64,000 bases of DNA, from contig JAHHTN010000002.1 of assembly GCA_020024645.1 (NCBI GenBank), positions 1,008 to 65,007 on the forward strand, read 5' to 3'. Shown here piece by piece: positions 9,469 through 18,695 of this stretch. Under the pieces are notes generated by a model. The model saw only the letters and a list, made by a program, of their open reading frames with translations. It did no database searches and was not told the origin of the DNA. Both the position numbers and the translations under genes were made by a program. Source of the DNA: Faecalimonas sp. Lineage in GTDB: Bacteria; Bacillota; Clostridia; Lachnospirales; Lachnospiraceae. How positions within the stretch are numbered: position 1 is the first letter of the stretch; the number at the start of each line of letters is the position of its first letter.

Positions 9469-10329
9469 ATGGATAAGAAAAAAATTATTAAAGAATATGG
9501 ATTTATAACACTTGGTATTTTTATTATTTCTCTAGCAGTGTATTTTTTCATGATTCCAAGTAATGTTATTGTTGGAAGTTTATCTGGTCTTGTTATTGTG
9601 CTTGCGAATTTTATTCCGTTACCAATATCTGTAATGACTTTTATTTTAAATGCAGTGTTACTTGTAATTGGATTTATGTTTATTGGAAAAGAATTTGGGG
9701 CGAAGACGGTTTATACTTCCATAATGCTTCCGGTATTTTTATTTCTTTTTGAGAAAATAGTACCAAATAATAAGTCGTTAACAAATGATATTTTAATTGA
9801 TACAATTTGTTACATTCTTGTTGTAAGTGTTGGTCTTGCTATGTTATTCAATGCAAATGCATCATCGGGTGGACTTGATATTGTGGCAAAGATCGTAAAT
9901 AAATACCTTCACATAGAGATTGGAAAAGCGATGACGATTACAGGAATGTGTGTTGCTGTGAGTTCGATTTTAGTATATGGTACGAAAGAAGTTATTTTAA
10001 GTATTTTGGCTACTTATGTAAATGGTCTTGTTATTGATAACTTTATTGGGGGATTTAACAGAAGAAAGCGTGTCTGCATCTTATCAGATCATTACGAAAC
10101 TGTACAGAAATTTATAACAGAAGAATTAAAACGTGGTGTGACGTTGTACACGGCCATAGGTGGTTATAATAAGAAGGAGAGAATAGAAGTTGTAACAATT
10201 CTTACACAAAATGAGTATGGGAAACTTCTTGAATACCTTCATACAGTAGATATGCGTGCATTTGTAACTGTTTCGACAGTTAATGAAGTTATCGGGGAAT
10301 GGAATGTAAAAACAAAAGTGAGAGGATAA
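9469..10329 (+). CDS. YitT family membrane protein
   Basis: Repeated TM units, ASSGGLDIVA, RGVTLY..GGY, C-terminal AFVTVSTVNEVIGE. Confidence 0.85.
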   Translation: MDKKKIIKEYGFITLGIFIISLAVYFFMIPSNVIVGSLSGLVIVLANFIPLPISVMTFILNAVLLVIGFMFIGKEFGAKTVYTSIMLPVFLFLFEKIVPNNKSLTNDILIDTICYILVVSVGLAMLFNANASSGGLDIVAKIVNKYLHIEIGKAMTITGMCVAVSSILVYGTKEVILSILATYVNGLVIDNFIGGFNRRKRVCILSDHYETVQKFITEELKRGVTLYTAIGGYNKKERIEVVTILTQNEYGKLLEYLHTVDMRAFVTVSTVNEVIGEWNVKTKVRG

Positions 10330-10333
10330 AAAT

Positions 10334-10351
10334 AGGGACGGGAACGTCCCT
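10334..10351 (+). terminator. Short hairpin, possible terminator
   Basis: AGGGACG-GGAA-CGTCCCT followed by TTGTTATTTT. Confidence 0.5.
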
Positions 10352-10376
10352 TTGTTATTTTAAAGGAGGAAAATAG

Positions 10377-11027
10377 ATGAAAAATTATCAATATATTTTA
10401 TTTGACTTAGATGGAACATTGACAGATTCACAGCTAGGTATTACAACCTGTGTTGCATATGCTTTAGAAGATTTTGGTATATATACAGAAAATCTTGGGG
10501 AACTTAAAAAATTTATAGGACCTCCGTTAAAGGAATCTTTTATGAAGTATTATAATTTAACAGATGAAGAAGGGGATAAAGCGGTTGAAAAATATAGAGA
10601 ACGTTTTGCAATGACTGGTTTATATGAAAACGAAGTGTATGAAGGAATTCCTTTATTGTTAGAAAAACTAAAAACACAAGGGAAAACACTTCTTGTTGCC
10701 ACATCAAAACCAACTGTATACTCTGAAAAGATCTTAGAACATTTTGGATTAAATAAGTATTTTCGTTTTGTTGCTGGAAGTGAATTAGATGGTACCAGAG
10801 TAAATAAGGCGGAAGTTATTCAGTATGCGTTAGAAAAAAACGATATTACAGATTTGAAAAATGTTGTAATGATTGGGGACAAGGAGCATGATATGATTGG
10901 TGCAAAGGTGTGTGGGGTAGACTCTATTGGAGTTCTTTATGGATTTGGAGATCGAGACGAATTGGAAAAACAAGGAGCAACATATATTGCAGAAACGGTT
11001 AATGATTTAGAAAAAATATTATTGTAA
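10377..11027 (+). CDS. HAD-superfamily phosphatase
   Basis: FDLDGTL, VATSK, MIGDKEHD motifs I-IV. Confidence 0.9.
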   Translation: MKNYQYILFDLDGTLTDSQLGITTCVAYALEDFGIYTENLGELKKFIGPPLKESFMKYYNLTDEEGDKAVEKYRERFAMTGLYENEVYEGIPLLLEKLKTQGKTLLVATSKPTVYSEKILEHFGLNKYFRFVAGSELDGTRVNKAEVIQYALEKNDITDLKNVVMIGDKEHDMIGAKVCGVDSIGVLYGFGDRDELEKQGATYIAETVNDLEKILL

Positions 11028-11041
11028 TAAAGGGGAAAAAG

Positions 11042-11404
11042 ATGAAGTTACTATATCAATTTGGCGTTATTTTAACGATGACATTTATTGGAGAGGTTTT
11101 GCATAGTGTTATTCCTCTACCTATTCCAGCAAGTATTTATGGGCTATTATTAATGTTATTTTGTCTATATACAAAGATTGTAAAATTAAATCAGGTAAAA
11201 ATAGCTGGAGATTTCTTAATAGATATTATGCCTCCTATGTTTATTCCAGCAGCAGTAGGAATCATTGCGGCATGGGCGGATTTAAAGGAAATTTTACTAC
11301 CGGTAGTTGTTATTACATTTGTGACAACAGTAATTGTTATAGTTTGTACAGGAAAAGTTACACAGACAGTAATTCGCCTGAAGAAGAGGAGGAAATCATC
11401 GTGA
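11042..11404 (+). CDS. lrgA: CidA/LrgA family holin-like protein
   Basis: IPLPIPASIYGLLL, MFIPAAVG; overlaps an lrgB-like gene. Confidence 0.85.
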   Translation: MKLLYQFGVILTMTFIGEVLHSVIPLPIPASIYGLLLMLFCLYTKIVKLNQVKIAGDFLIDIMPPMFIPAAVGIIAAWADLKEILLPVVVITFVTTVIVIVCTGKVTQTVIRLKKRRKSS

Positions 11405-12093
11405 AAACAATATTAACAGAATCCGTTTATTTTGGAGTGACAATTAGTATTGGCGCTTATGGTATAGGATTGTTTTTAAAGAAAAAATTAAAGTGGGAAA
11501 TTTTAAATCCGCTACTTGTGTCTATATTGTTTGTGATAGGTTTTCTATTTGTTTTTCATATTGATTATGATACATACAATGAAACGGCGAAATATTTGGG
11601 TTATCTTTTAACACCAGCGACGGTAGCATTGGCGATTCCTCTTTATCAGAAGATTACACTGCTGAAAGAAAATAGTTTGGCAATTTTTCTTGGGATATTA
11701 TCAGGTGTTTTATCAAGTCTTTTTAGCGTATTGGCATTGGCATATCTCTTTGGTTTATCGCATCGGGAATATGTTACTTTGTTACCAAAGTCTATCACAA
11801 CAGCTATTGGAATAGGGGTGGTAGATGAACTTGGTGGTATTACAACAATTACAGTAGCTGTTATAATTGCTACGGGAGTACTTGGAAATGTTATAGGACA
11901 GTCAGTCTGCAAACTATTTAGAATCTACGAACCCATTGCAGTAGGACTTGCGTTTGGTACTTCTTCTCATGCCGCTGGAACAGCAAAGGCGTTGGAAATT
12001 GGAGAAATTGAAGGGGCTATGAGTAGCCTTTCTATTGTAGTGTCAGGACTGATTACAGTTGTGGGAGCGTCTGTATTTGCCACGTTTTTATAA
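11401..12093 (+). CDS. lrgB: LrgB family membrane protein
   Basis: [44 protein letters not shown] start at 11401 after GAGGAGG. Confidence 0.88.
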   Translation: MKTILTESVYFGVTISIGAYGIGLFLKKKLKWEILNPLLVSILFVIGFLFVFHIDYDTYNETAKYLGYLLTPATVALAIPLYQKITLLKENSLAIFLGILSGVLSSLFSVLALAYLFGLSHREYVTLLPKSITTAIGIGVVDELGGITTITVAVIIATGVLGNVIGQSVCKLFRIYEPIAVGLAFGTSSHAAGTAKALEIGEIEGAMSSLSIVVSGLITVVGASVFATFL

Positions 12094-12122
12094 ATATGTT
12101 TAACAAGGTTTAAGTATTCTTA

Positions 12123-12148
12123 AGGAAACCGTATTTTTACGGTTTCCT
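12123..12148 (+). terminator. Terminator after lrgB
   Basis: AGGAAACCGTA-TTTT-TACGGTTTCCT perfect stem; weak T tail. Confidence 0.6.
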
Positions 12149-12287
12149 CAATTCTTTCAATTCTAAATAAATTTTCCTAAAAGAGTATGGTTTTATATTT
12201 TTAAATGAATTTAGTGTGCCTGTTTCTATAATAAAAAATGTTTGAAAATGTAAAAAAACAAAAAAAAACAAAAATATGATTAAATTG

Positions 12288-12316
12288 TTGACTAAACATA
12301 ATTAAAGTAGTAATAT
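12288..12316 (+). promoter_or_regulatory. sigA promoter for acid-sugar operon
   Basis: TTGACT (12288-12293), 17 nt, TAATAT (12311-12316), with A-tracts upstream. Confidence 0.7.
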
Positions 12317-12317
12317 A

Positions 12318-12352
12318 AAACAAAACACAACATAAATAAACAAATGTAAACA
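12318..12352 (+). promoter_or_regulatory. Putative DeoR operator (10-bp phased AAACA repeats)
   Basis: AAACA at 12318, CAACA at 12328, AAACA at 12338, AAACA at 12348; a second pair at 12256 and 12266. Confidence 0.55.
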
Positions 12353-12393
12353 TATCAAGAGGTATAAGGATAAAATTAGAAAGAAGTGAAAAT

Positions 12394-13698
12394 ATGCCAC
12401 AATGTGTAGTGATTGCAGATGATTTAACAGGAGCGAATGCCACAGGAGTGCTATTAAAAAAAATGAATTATAAGGCATACACCGTTATGAACATGGAACG
12501 AATTGAATTGGAAATGTTATCGGAATGTGATTGTGTATTGTACCCGACAGATAGCAGAGGAGTAGATGCAGAAATATCTTATAATCGAGTGAAAAATGTG
12601 TGTAAACTACTGAAAAATGATGAGGTAAAAGTATATTCAAAAAGAATTGATAGTACACTTAGAGGCAACTTGGGAAGTGAAACGGATGCAATGCTAGATG
12701 AATTGGGGGAAGAGTATGTAGCGATTGTTGCCCCCTGTTTTCCAAGTTCCAAAAGAATTGCAATAGGTGGGTATATGTTAGTGAACGGAATTCCTTTGCA
12801 CAAAACTGATATTGCTATTGATCCGAAAACCCCAGTGACAAAATCAGAAATTGCAGTATTGTTTGCTGAACAAAGTAAATATAAAGTTTCATTAATTTAC
12901 ATGAAGGATTTGATGCATGGAAAACATTATTTAGCTAATAAGATGAAAGAATGCGTACAAAGAGGAAGCAGAATTTTAGTGTTAGATTGTGTGACGCAGG
13001 AAGATTTGGACTTGATTGCAGATGCAGTTATTACAAGTGAATTAAAAATTGTAGCAGTAGATCCAGGAGTATTTACAGCAACATTATCTAGGAAATTAAT
13101 TGTTCCAGTGGAGAAAAAAGAGAAAAGTCGAATACTTGCAGTGGTTGGAAGCGTAAATCCTAATACGAGAAATCAGCTAGAAGAGTTATGGTTATCACAG
13201 CGTACACATAATGTATTTGTACAAACAAGAGAATTATTAGAAGGAGAAATAAAGAGAGAAAAAGAAATTAAGCGTGTAACAGAAGAGATTCTTGCAGAAA
13301 GCAGTAAAAATATTATATCTACAGTAGTAGGAGATGGTATTTATCCAGAAAATAGAATTGATTTTATTCCATATATGAAAAAATATAATTGCTCATTGGA
13401 TGAGGTGACAGATTGTATTAATAGTGCTTTTGCGGAAATCACTTATCAGATTTTTAAAAGGGAAACAAATTTTAAAGGACTTTATACAAGTGGAGGAGAT
13501 ATAACTGTGGCTGTTTGTAGAAAATTCAAGACAGCAGGTCTTTTGTTAGAGGATGAAGTACTCCCGTTAGCAGCATATGGACGGTTTTTAAAAGGTGAAT
13601 TTGAAGGTGTACATATTATTACAAAAGGGGGAAGTCAAGGAGAAAATGACGCTATTAATCGGTGTATTACATATCTAAAAGAAAAATTATACATTTAG
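12394..13698 (+). CDS. Four-carbon acid sugar kinase (DUF1537 / DtnK family)
   Basis: IADDLTGANATG, YSKRIDSTLRGN, APCFPSSKR..IGG, TSGGDIT, ITKGG; followed by a pdxA paralog. Confidence 0.88.
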   Translation: MPQCVVIADDLTGANATGVLLKKMNYKAYTVMNMERIELEMLSECDCVLYPTDSRGVDAEISYNRVKNVCKLLKNDEVKVYSKRIDSTLRGNLGSETDAMLDELGEEYVAIVAPCFPSSKRIAIGGYMLVNGIPLHKTDIAIDPKTPVTKSEIAVLFAEQSKYKVSLIYMKDLMHGKHYLANKMKECVQRGSRILVLDCVTQEDLDLIADAVITSELKIVAVDPGVFTATLSRKLIVPVEKKEKSRILAVVGSVNPNTRNQLEELWLSQRTHNVFVQTRELLEGEIKREKEIKRVTEEILAESSKNIISTVVGDGIYPENRIDFIPYMKKYNCSLDEVTDCINSAFAEITYQIFKRETNFKGLYTSGGDITVAVCRKFKTAGLLLEDEVLPLAAYGRFLKGEFEGVHIITKGGSQGENDAINRCITYLKEKLYI

Positions 13699-13710
13699 GA
13701 GGGAAAAGAG

Positions 13711-14709
13711 ATGCAGAAACCATTTATAGCAATTCCTATTGGAGATCCAGCAGGTGTTGGACCAGAAATTGTTGCAAAGTCTGTTGCTGATAAAAAGGTA
13801 GTGGAGGCAGCAAATTGTGTGATTGTCGGAAATAAAGAAGTGATGGAAAATGCAATTAAAATTACAAAAGAAAATTTGACAATTCATATTATTGATGAAG
13901 TAGAACAAGGAGATTATCGTGAAGGTGTTTTAAATCTTATTCATATGAACAATATGGATATGAGCCAATTTTCATTTGGAAAAGTGAGTGGAATGTGTGG
14001 GAAAGCGGCGTATGACTATATAGAAAAAAGTATTGAATTGGCGAACGATGGAAAAGTGGATGCAGTGGCGACAACACCTATCAACAAAGAATCTTTGCGT
14101 GCAGGAAATATTGATTTTATCGGGCATACGGAAATTTTTGGAGCATTAACGCATACGGAAGATCCGTTGACGATGTTTGAAACAAATGGATTGAGAGTAT
14201 TTTTTCTCACAAGGCATGTTTCATTAAGGAAAATGCTTGATATGATTAAGAAGGATAGAATTATAGACTATGTGAAACGTTGTACGAAAGCGTTAGAAAA
14301 ATTAGGGGTAACAGATGGAGTTATGGCAATCGCAGGGTTGAATCCACATAGTGGAGAACATGGTTTATTTGGATGGGAAGAAGTAGAAGAAATTGTTCCA
14401 GCGGTTGAAGAATTACAGAGGCAAGGATACCGTGTGGAAGGACCTATAGGAGCCGATTCTGTATTTCATCAAGCAGCACAAGGAAAATATAGTAGTGTAT
14501 TGTCTTTGTACCATGATCAAGGGCATATTGCTACAAAAACATTAGATTTTGAAAAAACAATTGCAATTACAAATGGAATGCCAATTTTAAGAACGTCTGT
14601 AGATCACGGGACGGCGTTTGATATTGCAGGAAAAGGATTGGTAAGTGCAGTCAGTATGATTGAGGCAATTTTACTCGCAGCGAAATATGCCCCGAATTTT
14701 AAAAGATAG
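13711..14709 (+). CDS. pdxA2: PdxA2-type 4-phospho-acid-sugar dehydrogenase
   Basis: [50 protein letters not shown]; context next to the DUF1537 kinase. Confidence 0.88.
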   Translation: MQKPFIAIPIGDPAGVGPEIVAKSVADKKVVEAANCVIVGNKEVMENAIKITKENLTIHIIDEVEQGDYREGVLNLIHMNNMDMSQFSFGKVSGMCGKAAYDYIEKSIELANDGKVDAVATTPINKESLRAGNIDFIGHTEIFGALTHTEDPLTMFETNGLRVFFLTRHVSLRKMLDMIKKDRIIDYVKRCTKALEKLGVTDGVMAIAGLNPHSGEHGLFGWEEVEEIVPAVEELQRQGYRVEGPIGADSVFHQAAQGKYSSVLSLYHDQGHIATKTLDFEKTIAITNGMPILRTSVDHGTAFDIAGKGLVSAVSMIEAILLAAKYAPNFKR

Positions 14710-14720
14710 GAGGTTGTATT

Positions 14721-16124
14721 ATGGTAAATGGACTTAGTGGAGAACGAATGTTACTTGGTCTTGGGATTGGGATTATCGTTTTGATTTTATTGGTATTAAA
14801 AACAAAAGTACAAGCATTCTTAGCGCTGATTATTTGTACGGTTATTGTAGGTGTAGTAGGGGGAATGCCGTTAAATAATATTATATTAGAAGATGGAAAA
14901 ACGTTTGGTATTCTGAATTCAATTACAAGTGGATTTGGAGGGACATTATCCAGCATAGGAATTATAATTGGTTTTGGAGTTATGATGGGGCAAATCTTTG
15001 AAGTGACTGGTGCTGCAAAAAGAATGGCTCATACCTTTTTGAAATTATTTGGTAAAAAAAGAGAAGAAGAGGCGTTGGCTTTTACTGGTTTTCTTGTGTC
15101 GATTCCTATTTTCTGTGATTCTGGGTTTGTTGTGCTTGCACCGATTGCAAAAGCAATATCAAAAGTAACAAAAAAATCTGTTATCGGGTTGGGGGTTGCT
15201 TTAGCAGCTGGTTTAGTTATTACACATTCGTTAGTGCCACCTACACCTGGGCCATTAGGAGTATGTGGAATTTTTGGTATTGATGTTGGAAGTTTCATTT
15301 TGCTTACGATTCTTTTAGCAATTCCAATGGCGATTGCTTGCATTGCATATGCAAGATTGTATTTATCTAAAAAATATTATCGTATTCCAAATGAAAGTGG
15401 AGAAATTGTGGAAGCAAAATATCAGGATCCAGATTATGATGCAGTTTTTTCTATGGATATGAAAAATCTGCCAGGTGTATTGGAATCTTTTATACCACTG
15501 TTTATTCCTATTATTCTGATTTTGGTAAATACAGTAGCAACAGCGATGGGGAAAACAGAAGGAATTATGCGTATATTGATATTCTTGGGACAACCGATTA
15601 TTGCTGTTGGGCTTGGTTTAGTAGTAGCTATCTTCACATTGGGAAGAAAATTAGATAGACATACTGCGTTGGCAGAAATGGAAAAAGGAATGATGTCGGC
15701 AGGAATTATTATGTTGGTTACTGGTGGTGGAGGTGCTCTTGGCCAAATTATTAAAGATTCGGGACTTGGAAATTTTATGGCAGAAGGACTTGCTAAAACA
15801 GCAATTCCGATTATTATTTTACCGCTATTAATTGCTACAGCGATGAGGTTTATTCAAGGTTCGGGAACAGTTGCGATGACGACTGCAGCAAGTATTTCTG
15901 CCCCAATCATTATTGCATCGGGGGCAAGTCCACTTTTAGGAGCAGTAGCCTGCTGTGTTGGTTCATTGTTCTTTAGTTATTTTAATGATAGTTATTTTTG
16001 GGTAGTCAATCGAACATTAGGGGTTAGTGAAGCAAAAGATCAACTTCGTGTATGGTCAGTTACTTCAACAGTAGCTTGGGCAGTCGGAGTCGTGGAAGTA
16101 TTAATCTTAAGTATCTTTATGTAA
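14721..16124 (+). CDS. GntP family acid-sugar permease
   Basis: SIPIFCDSGFV, HSLVPPTPGP, MRFIQGSGTVA, SYFNDSYFWVV. Confidence 0.92.
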   Translation: MVNGLSGERMLLGLGIGIIVLILLVLKTKVQAFLALIICTVIVGVVGGMPLNNIILEDGKTFGILNSITSGFGGTLSSIGIIIGFGVMMGQIFEVTGAAKRMAHTFLKLFGKKREEEALAFTGFLVSIPIFCDSGFVVLAPIAKAISKVTKKSVIGLGVALAAGLVITHSLVPPTPGPLGVCGIFGIDVGSFILLTILLAIPMAIACIAYARLYLSKKYYRIPNESGEIVEAKYQDPDYDAVFSMDMKNLPGVLESFIPLFIPIILILVNTVATAMGKTEGIMRILIFLGQPIIAVGLGLVVAIFTLGRKLDRHTALAEMEKGMMSAGIIMLVTGGGGALGQIIKDSGLGNFMAEGLAKTAIPIIILPLLIATAMRFIQGSGTVAMTTAASISAPIIIASGASPLLGAVACCVGSLFFSYFNDSYFWVVNRTLGVSEAKDQLRVWSVTSTVAWAVGVVEVLILSIFM

Positions 16125-16128
16125 AAGA

Positions 16129-16178
16129 AAATACTTGGAATATTGTGCTGTTAAACAAAGTATTCCAAGTGTTTTTTT
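16129..16178 (+). terminator. Terminator after GntP gene
   Basis: AAATACTTGGAATA / TATTCCAAGTGTTT stem plus T run. Confidence 0.7.
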
Positions 16179-16235
16179 GTCTTAATTATGGTATACTGAA
16201 AACAAGACAGTTTGGCAATGCAAGGAGGGCATGAA

Positions 16236-16988
16236 ATGCTTGCGGCAGAAAGAAGAGAGAAAATAACAGAATTTCTTCATCAGTATGGTAGTGTAGAGGT
16301 TGAAGAATTAGCTAAAGACTTAAATGTAAGTACAATGACGATACGACGAGATTTATTAAAACTTCAGAAGGATGGGAAAATTGAGAGATGCCATGGTGGG
16401 GCGGTAATAAAACAAGAAGTAACTTATATAGATAAACAGACAAGTTATCGTAAAGAAAAAATCGCAATTGCAGAAAAATGTGTGGAATATGTAGAGTCAG
16501 GAAACACTGTGTTTTTAGATGCGGGAACAACGACATATGAAATTGCTAGAAAAATCATAGAGATTCCAGATATTTTAGTTGTGACAAATGATTTGGAAAT
16601 CGCACAGTTATTGAAGAATAGTCAAGTGGAATTGTTCTTATGTGGGGGATATGTGCAAAAGTCTACAGGAAGTATGTTTGACCGTTATGCAACACAAATG
16701 TTAAAGGATTTTAAATTTGATATAGGATTTTTTGGTGCGGCATCTATCAATGATCAATTTGAAGTAATGACACCTACTGTAGATAAAATGTGGTTAAAAA
16801 GAGAAACCCCCAAACAATGTAGAAAAGTTTATCTAGCTGTGGATGGTTCAAAGTTTGGTAGACAGGCAATGTCAAAAATCAATTGTTTAAGTGATTATAC
16901 CGGAATTGTTACGGAAAAAATATTTAGTGGAGAAGAAGAGGAGTATTTGAAAAAGATGGGAGCAAATATTATAGAGATTACTAGATAA
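16236..16988 (+). CDS. DeoR/GlpR family transcriptional regulator
   Basis: LNVSTMTIRRDL HTH, HGGA, FLDAGTTT, VVTND. ATG 16236 after AGGAGGG. Confidence 0.93.
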   Translation: MLAAERREKITEFLHQYGSVEVEELAKDLNVSTMTIRRDLLKLQKDGKIERCHGGAVIKQEVTYIDKQTSYRKEKIAIAEKCVEYVESGNTVFLDAGTTTYEIARKIIEIPDILVVTNDLEIAQLLKNSQVELFLCGGYVQKSTGSMFDRYATQMLKDFKFDIGFFGAASINDQFEVMTPTVDKMWLKRETPKQCRKVYLAVDGSKFGRQAMSKINCLSDYTGIVTEKIFSGEEEEYLKKMGANIIEITR

Positions 16989-17024
16989 AGAAAGGAAAGA
17001 GGCACATCCTCTTTCCTTTCTTTA
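16986..17024. terminator. Bidirectional terminator spanning both stop codons
   Basis: TAAAGAAAGGAAAGAGG-CACAT-CCTCTTTCCTTTCTTTA: 17-bp perfect arms whose outer TAA/TTA are the stops of the two convergent genes. Confidence 0.85.
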
Positions 17025-18500
17025 TTGATAAATTCGTTTGTTTTCATCTTTTGATTCTGTTGTTAATTGAATTCCAAGACGCTTAAACATTTTTGTATCT
17101 ACGGAAGATAAACGAACCGTTGTGTGTACTTGGCATCCTTTTAATTTTGGAATTTGTTCTAAGGCAAGTTCAGCATTTGAATTAGATGCAGCACTAATTG
17201 ATAATGCAAGGAGAATTTCATCTGTGTGTAAACGCGGATTTTTACTTCCGAGATACTTTGTTTTTAAAGTTTGAATTGGTTCTATTGCTTCAGGTGAAAT
17301 CATGTGGAGTTCGTCACTTATTTTGCAGAGATATTTCAATGCGTTTAATAGAAGAGCAGCAGATGCACCAAGTAAATTGGAAGTTTTCCCTGTGATAATA
17401 GTTCCGTCATCTAATTCGATTGCAGCAGCTGGTGCGCCTGTTTCTTCCGCACGTTTTAAAGCTGCAGAAACAACAATGCGATCATCAGTTGTAACATGAG
17501 CTTGTTTCATTAATAATTCGATTTTGAAAATCTCTTCTTCTGAATGTGTCCCTTCAGAGAGACCATTTAACGCGTCATAATATCTACGAATAATTTCTTG
17601 TTTAGAAGCATTTTGGCAAACCTCATCGTCAGAAATACAGTTTCCAACCATATTTACACCCATATCAGTCGGAGATTTGTAAGGATTTTCTCCGTAAATT
17701 TTCTCGAAAATTGCATCGAGTACAGGGAAAATTTCTACATCACGGTTATAATTTACTGTAGTTACACCATATGTTTCCAAATGAAAAGGATCAATCATAT
17801 TGACATCATTTAAGTCGGCGGTAGCAGCCTCGTAAGCAAGATTAACAGGATGTTTTAGTGGAATATTCCAAATTGGAAAAGTTTCAAATTTAGCATATCC
17901 AGCGCGAACTCCTCGTTTATGTTCATGATAAAGTTGAGAAAGGCAAGTTGCCATTTTTCCACTTCCTGGTCCTGGAGCTGTAATGATAACAAGAGGTCTT
18001 GAAGTTTCAATGTAATCATTTTTGCCATATCCATCATCACTTACAATGAGGGGAATATTTGAAGGATATCCTTCGATACAGTAATGAATATATACCTTGA
18101 TTCCTAAATGTTCAAGTTTGCTTTTAAATAAATTGGCGCTGTTTTGCCCTGCGTATTGGGTGATTACAACACTTCCTACAAACAAACCATTTTCTTTAAA
18201 TGCTTCCATTAAACGAAGAACATCAGTGTCGTATGTGATTCCTAAATCACCACGAATTTTATTTTTTTCAATATCTCCTGCACTGATAACAATAACAATT
18301 TCCGCTTGATCGGAAAGTTGCATAAGGAGGCGGAGTTTACTATCAGGGGCAAACCCTGGTAATACTCTAGATGCATGATAGTCATCAAAAAGTTTTCCTC
18401 CAAATTCTAAGTATAATTTGTTATCAAATTGGTTGATGCGTTCACGGATATGTTCCGATTGCATTTTTAAATATTTGTCATTATCAAATCCGATTTTCAT
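17022..18500 (-). CDS. DUF1846 family protein (unknown function)
   Basis: MKIGFDNDKY, YLEFGGKLFDDYHASRVLPGF, TAPGPGSGKMATC, AKFETFPIWN, NYNRD, NPRLHTDE. Confidence 0.85.
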   Translation of the reverse strand: MKIGFDNDKYLKMQSEHIRERINQFDNKLYLEFGGKLFDDYHASRVLPGFAPDSKLRLLMQLSDQAEIVIVISAGDIEKNKIRGDLGITYDTDVLRLMEAFKENGLFVGSVVITQYAGQNSANLFKSKLEHLGIKVYIHYCIEGYPSNIPLIVSDDGYGKNDYIETSRPLVIITAPGPGSGKMATCLSQLYHEHKRGVRAGYAKFETFPIWNIPLKHPVNLAYEAATADLNDVNMIDPFHLETYGVTTVNYNRDVEIFPVLDAIFEKIYGENPYKSPTDMGVNMVGNCISDDEVCQNASKQEIIRRYYDALNGLSEGTHSEEEIFKIELLMKQAHVTTDDRIVVSAALKRAEETGAPAAAIELDDGTIITGKTSNLLGASAALLLNALKYLCKISDELHMISPEAIEPIQTLKTKYLGSKNPRLHTDEILLALSISAASNSNAELALEQIPKLKGCQVHTTVRLSSVDTKMFKRLGIQLTTESKDENKRIYQ

Positions 18501-18638
18501 AAACTTGCTTCCTCTTCCTTTAATTTATATAAGTAACTTGTCATACCTAAAAAAATAGTATACTACAAAAAGAGAAATTTGTCTAAAACTATTTAATAGA
18601 AGTTTTAGAAATGAATGGTAGTTTTCACAATCTTTTTA

Positions 18639-18667
18639 TTGATTTATGAGGATGCCATATTTATAAT
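18639..18667 (+). promoter_or_regulatory. sigA promoter for ftsH
   Basis: TTGATT, 17 nt, TATAAT. Confidence 0.7.
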
Positions 18668-18695
18668 AGAATAGACGATAAATAGGAGGAAGGAT

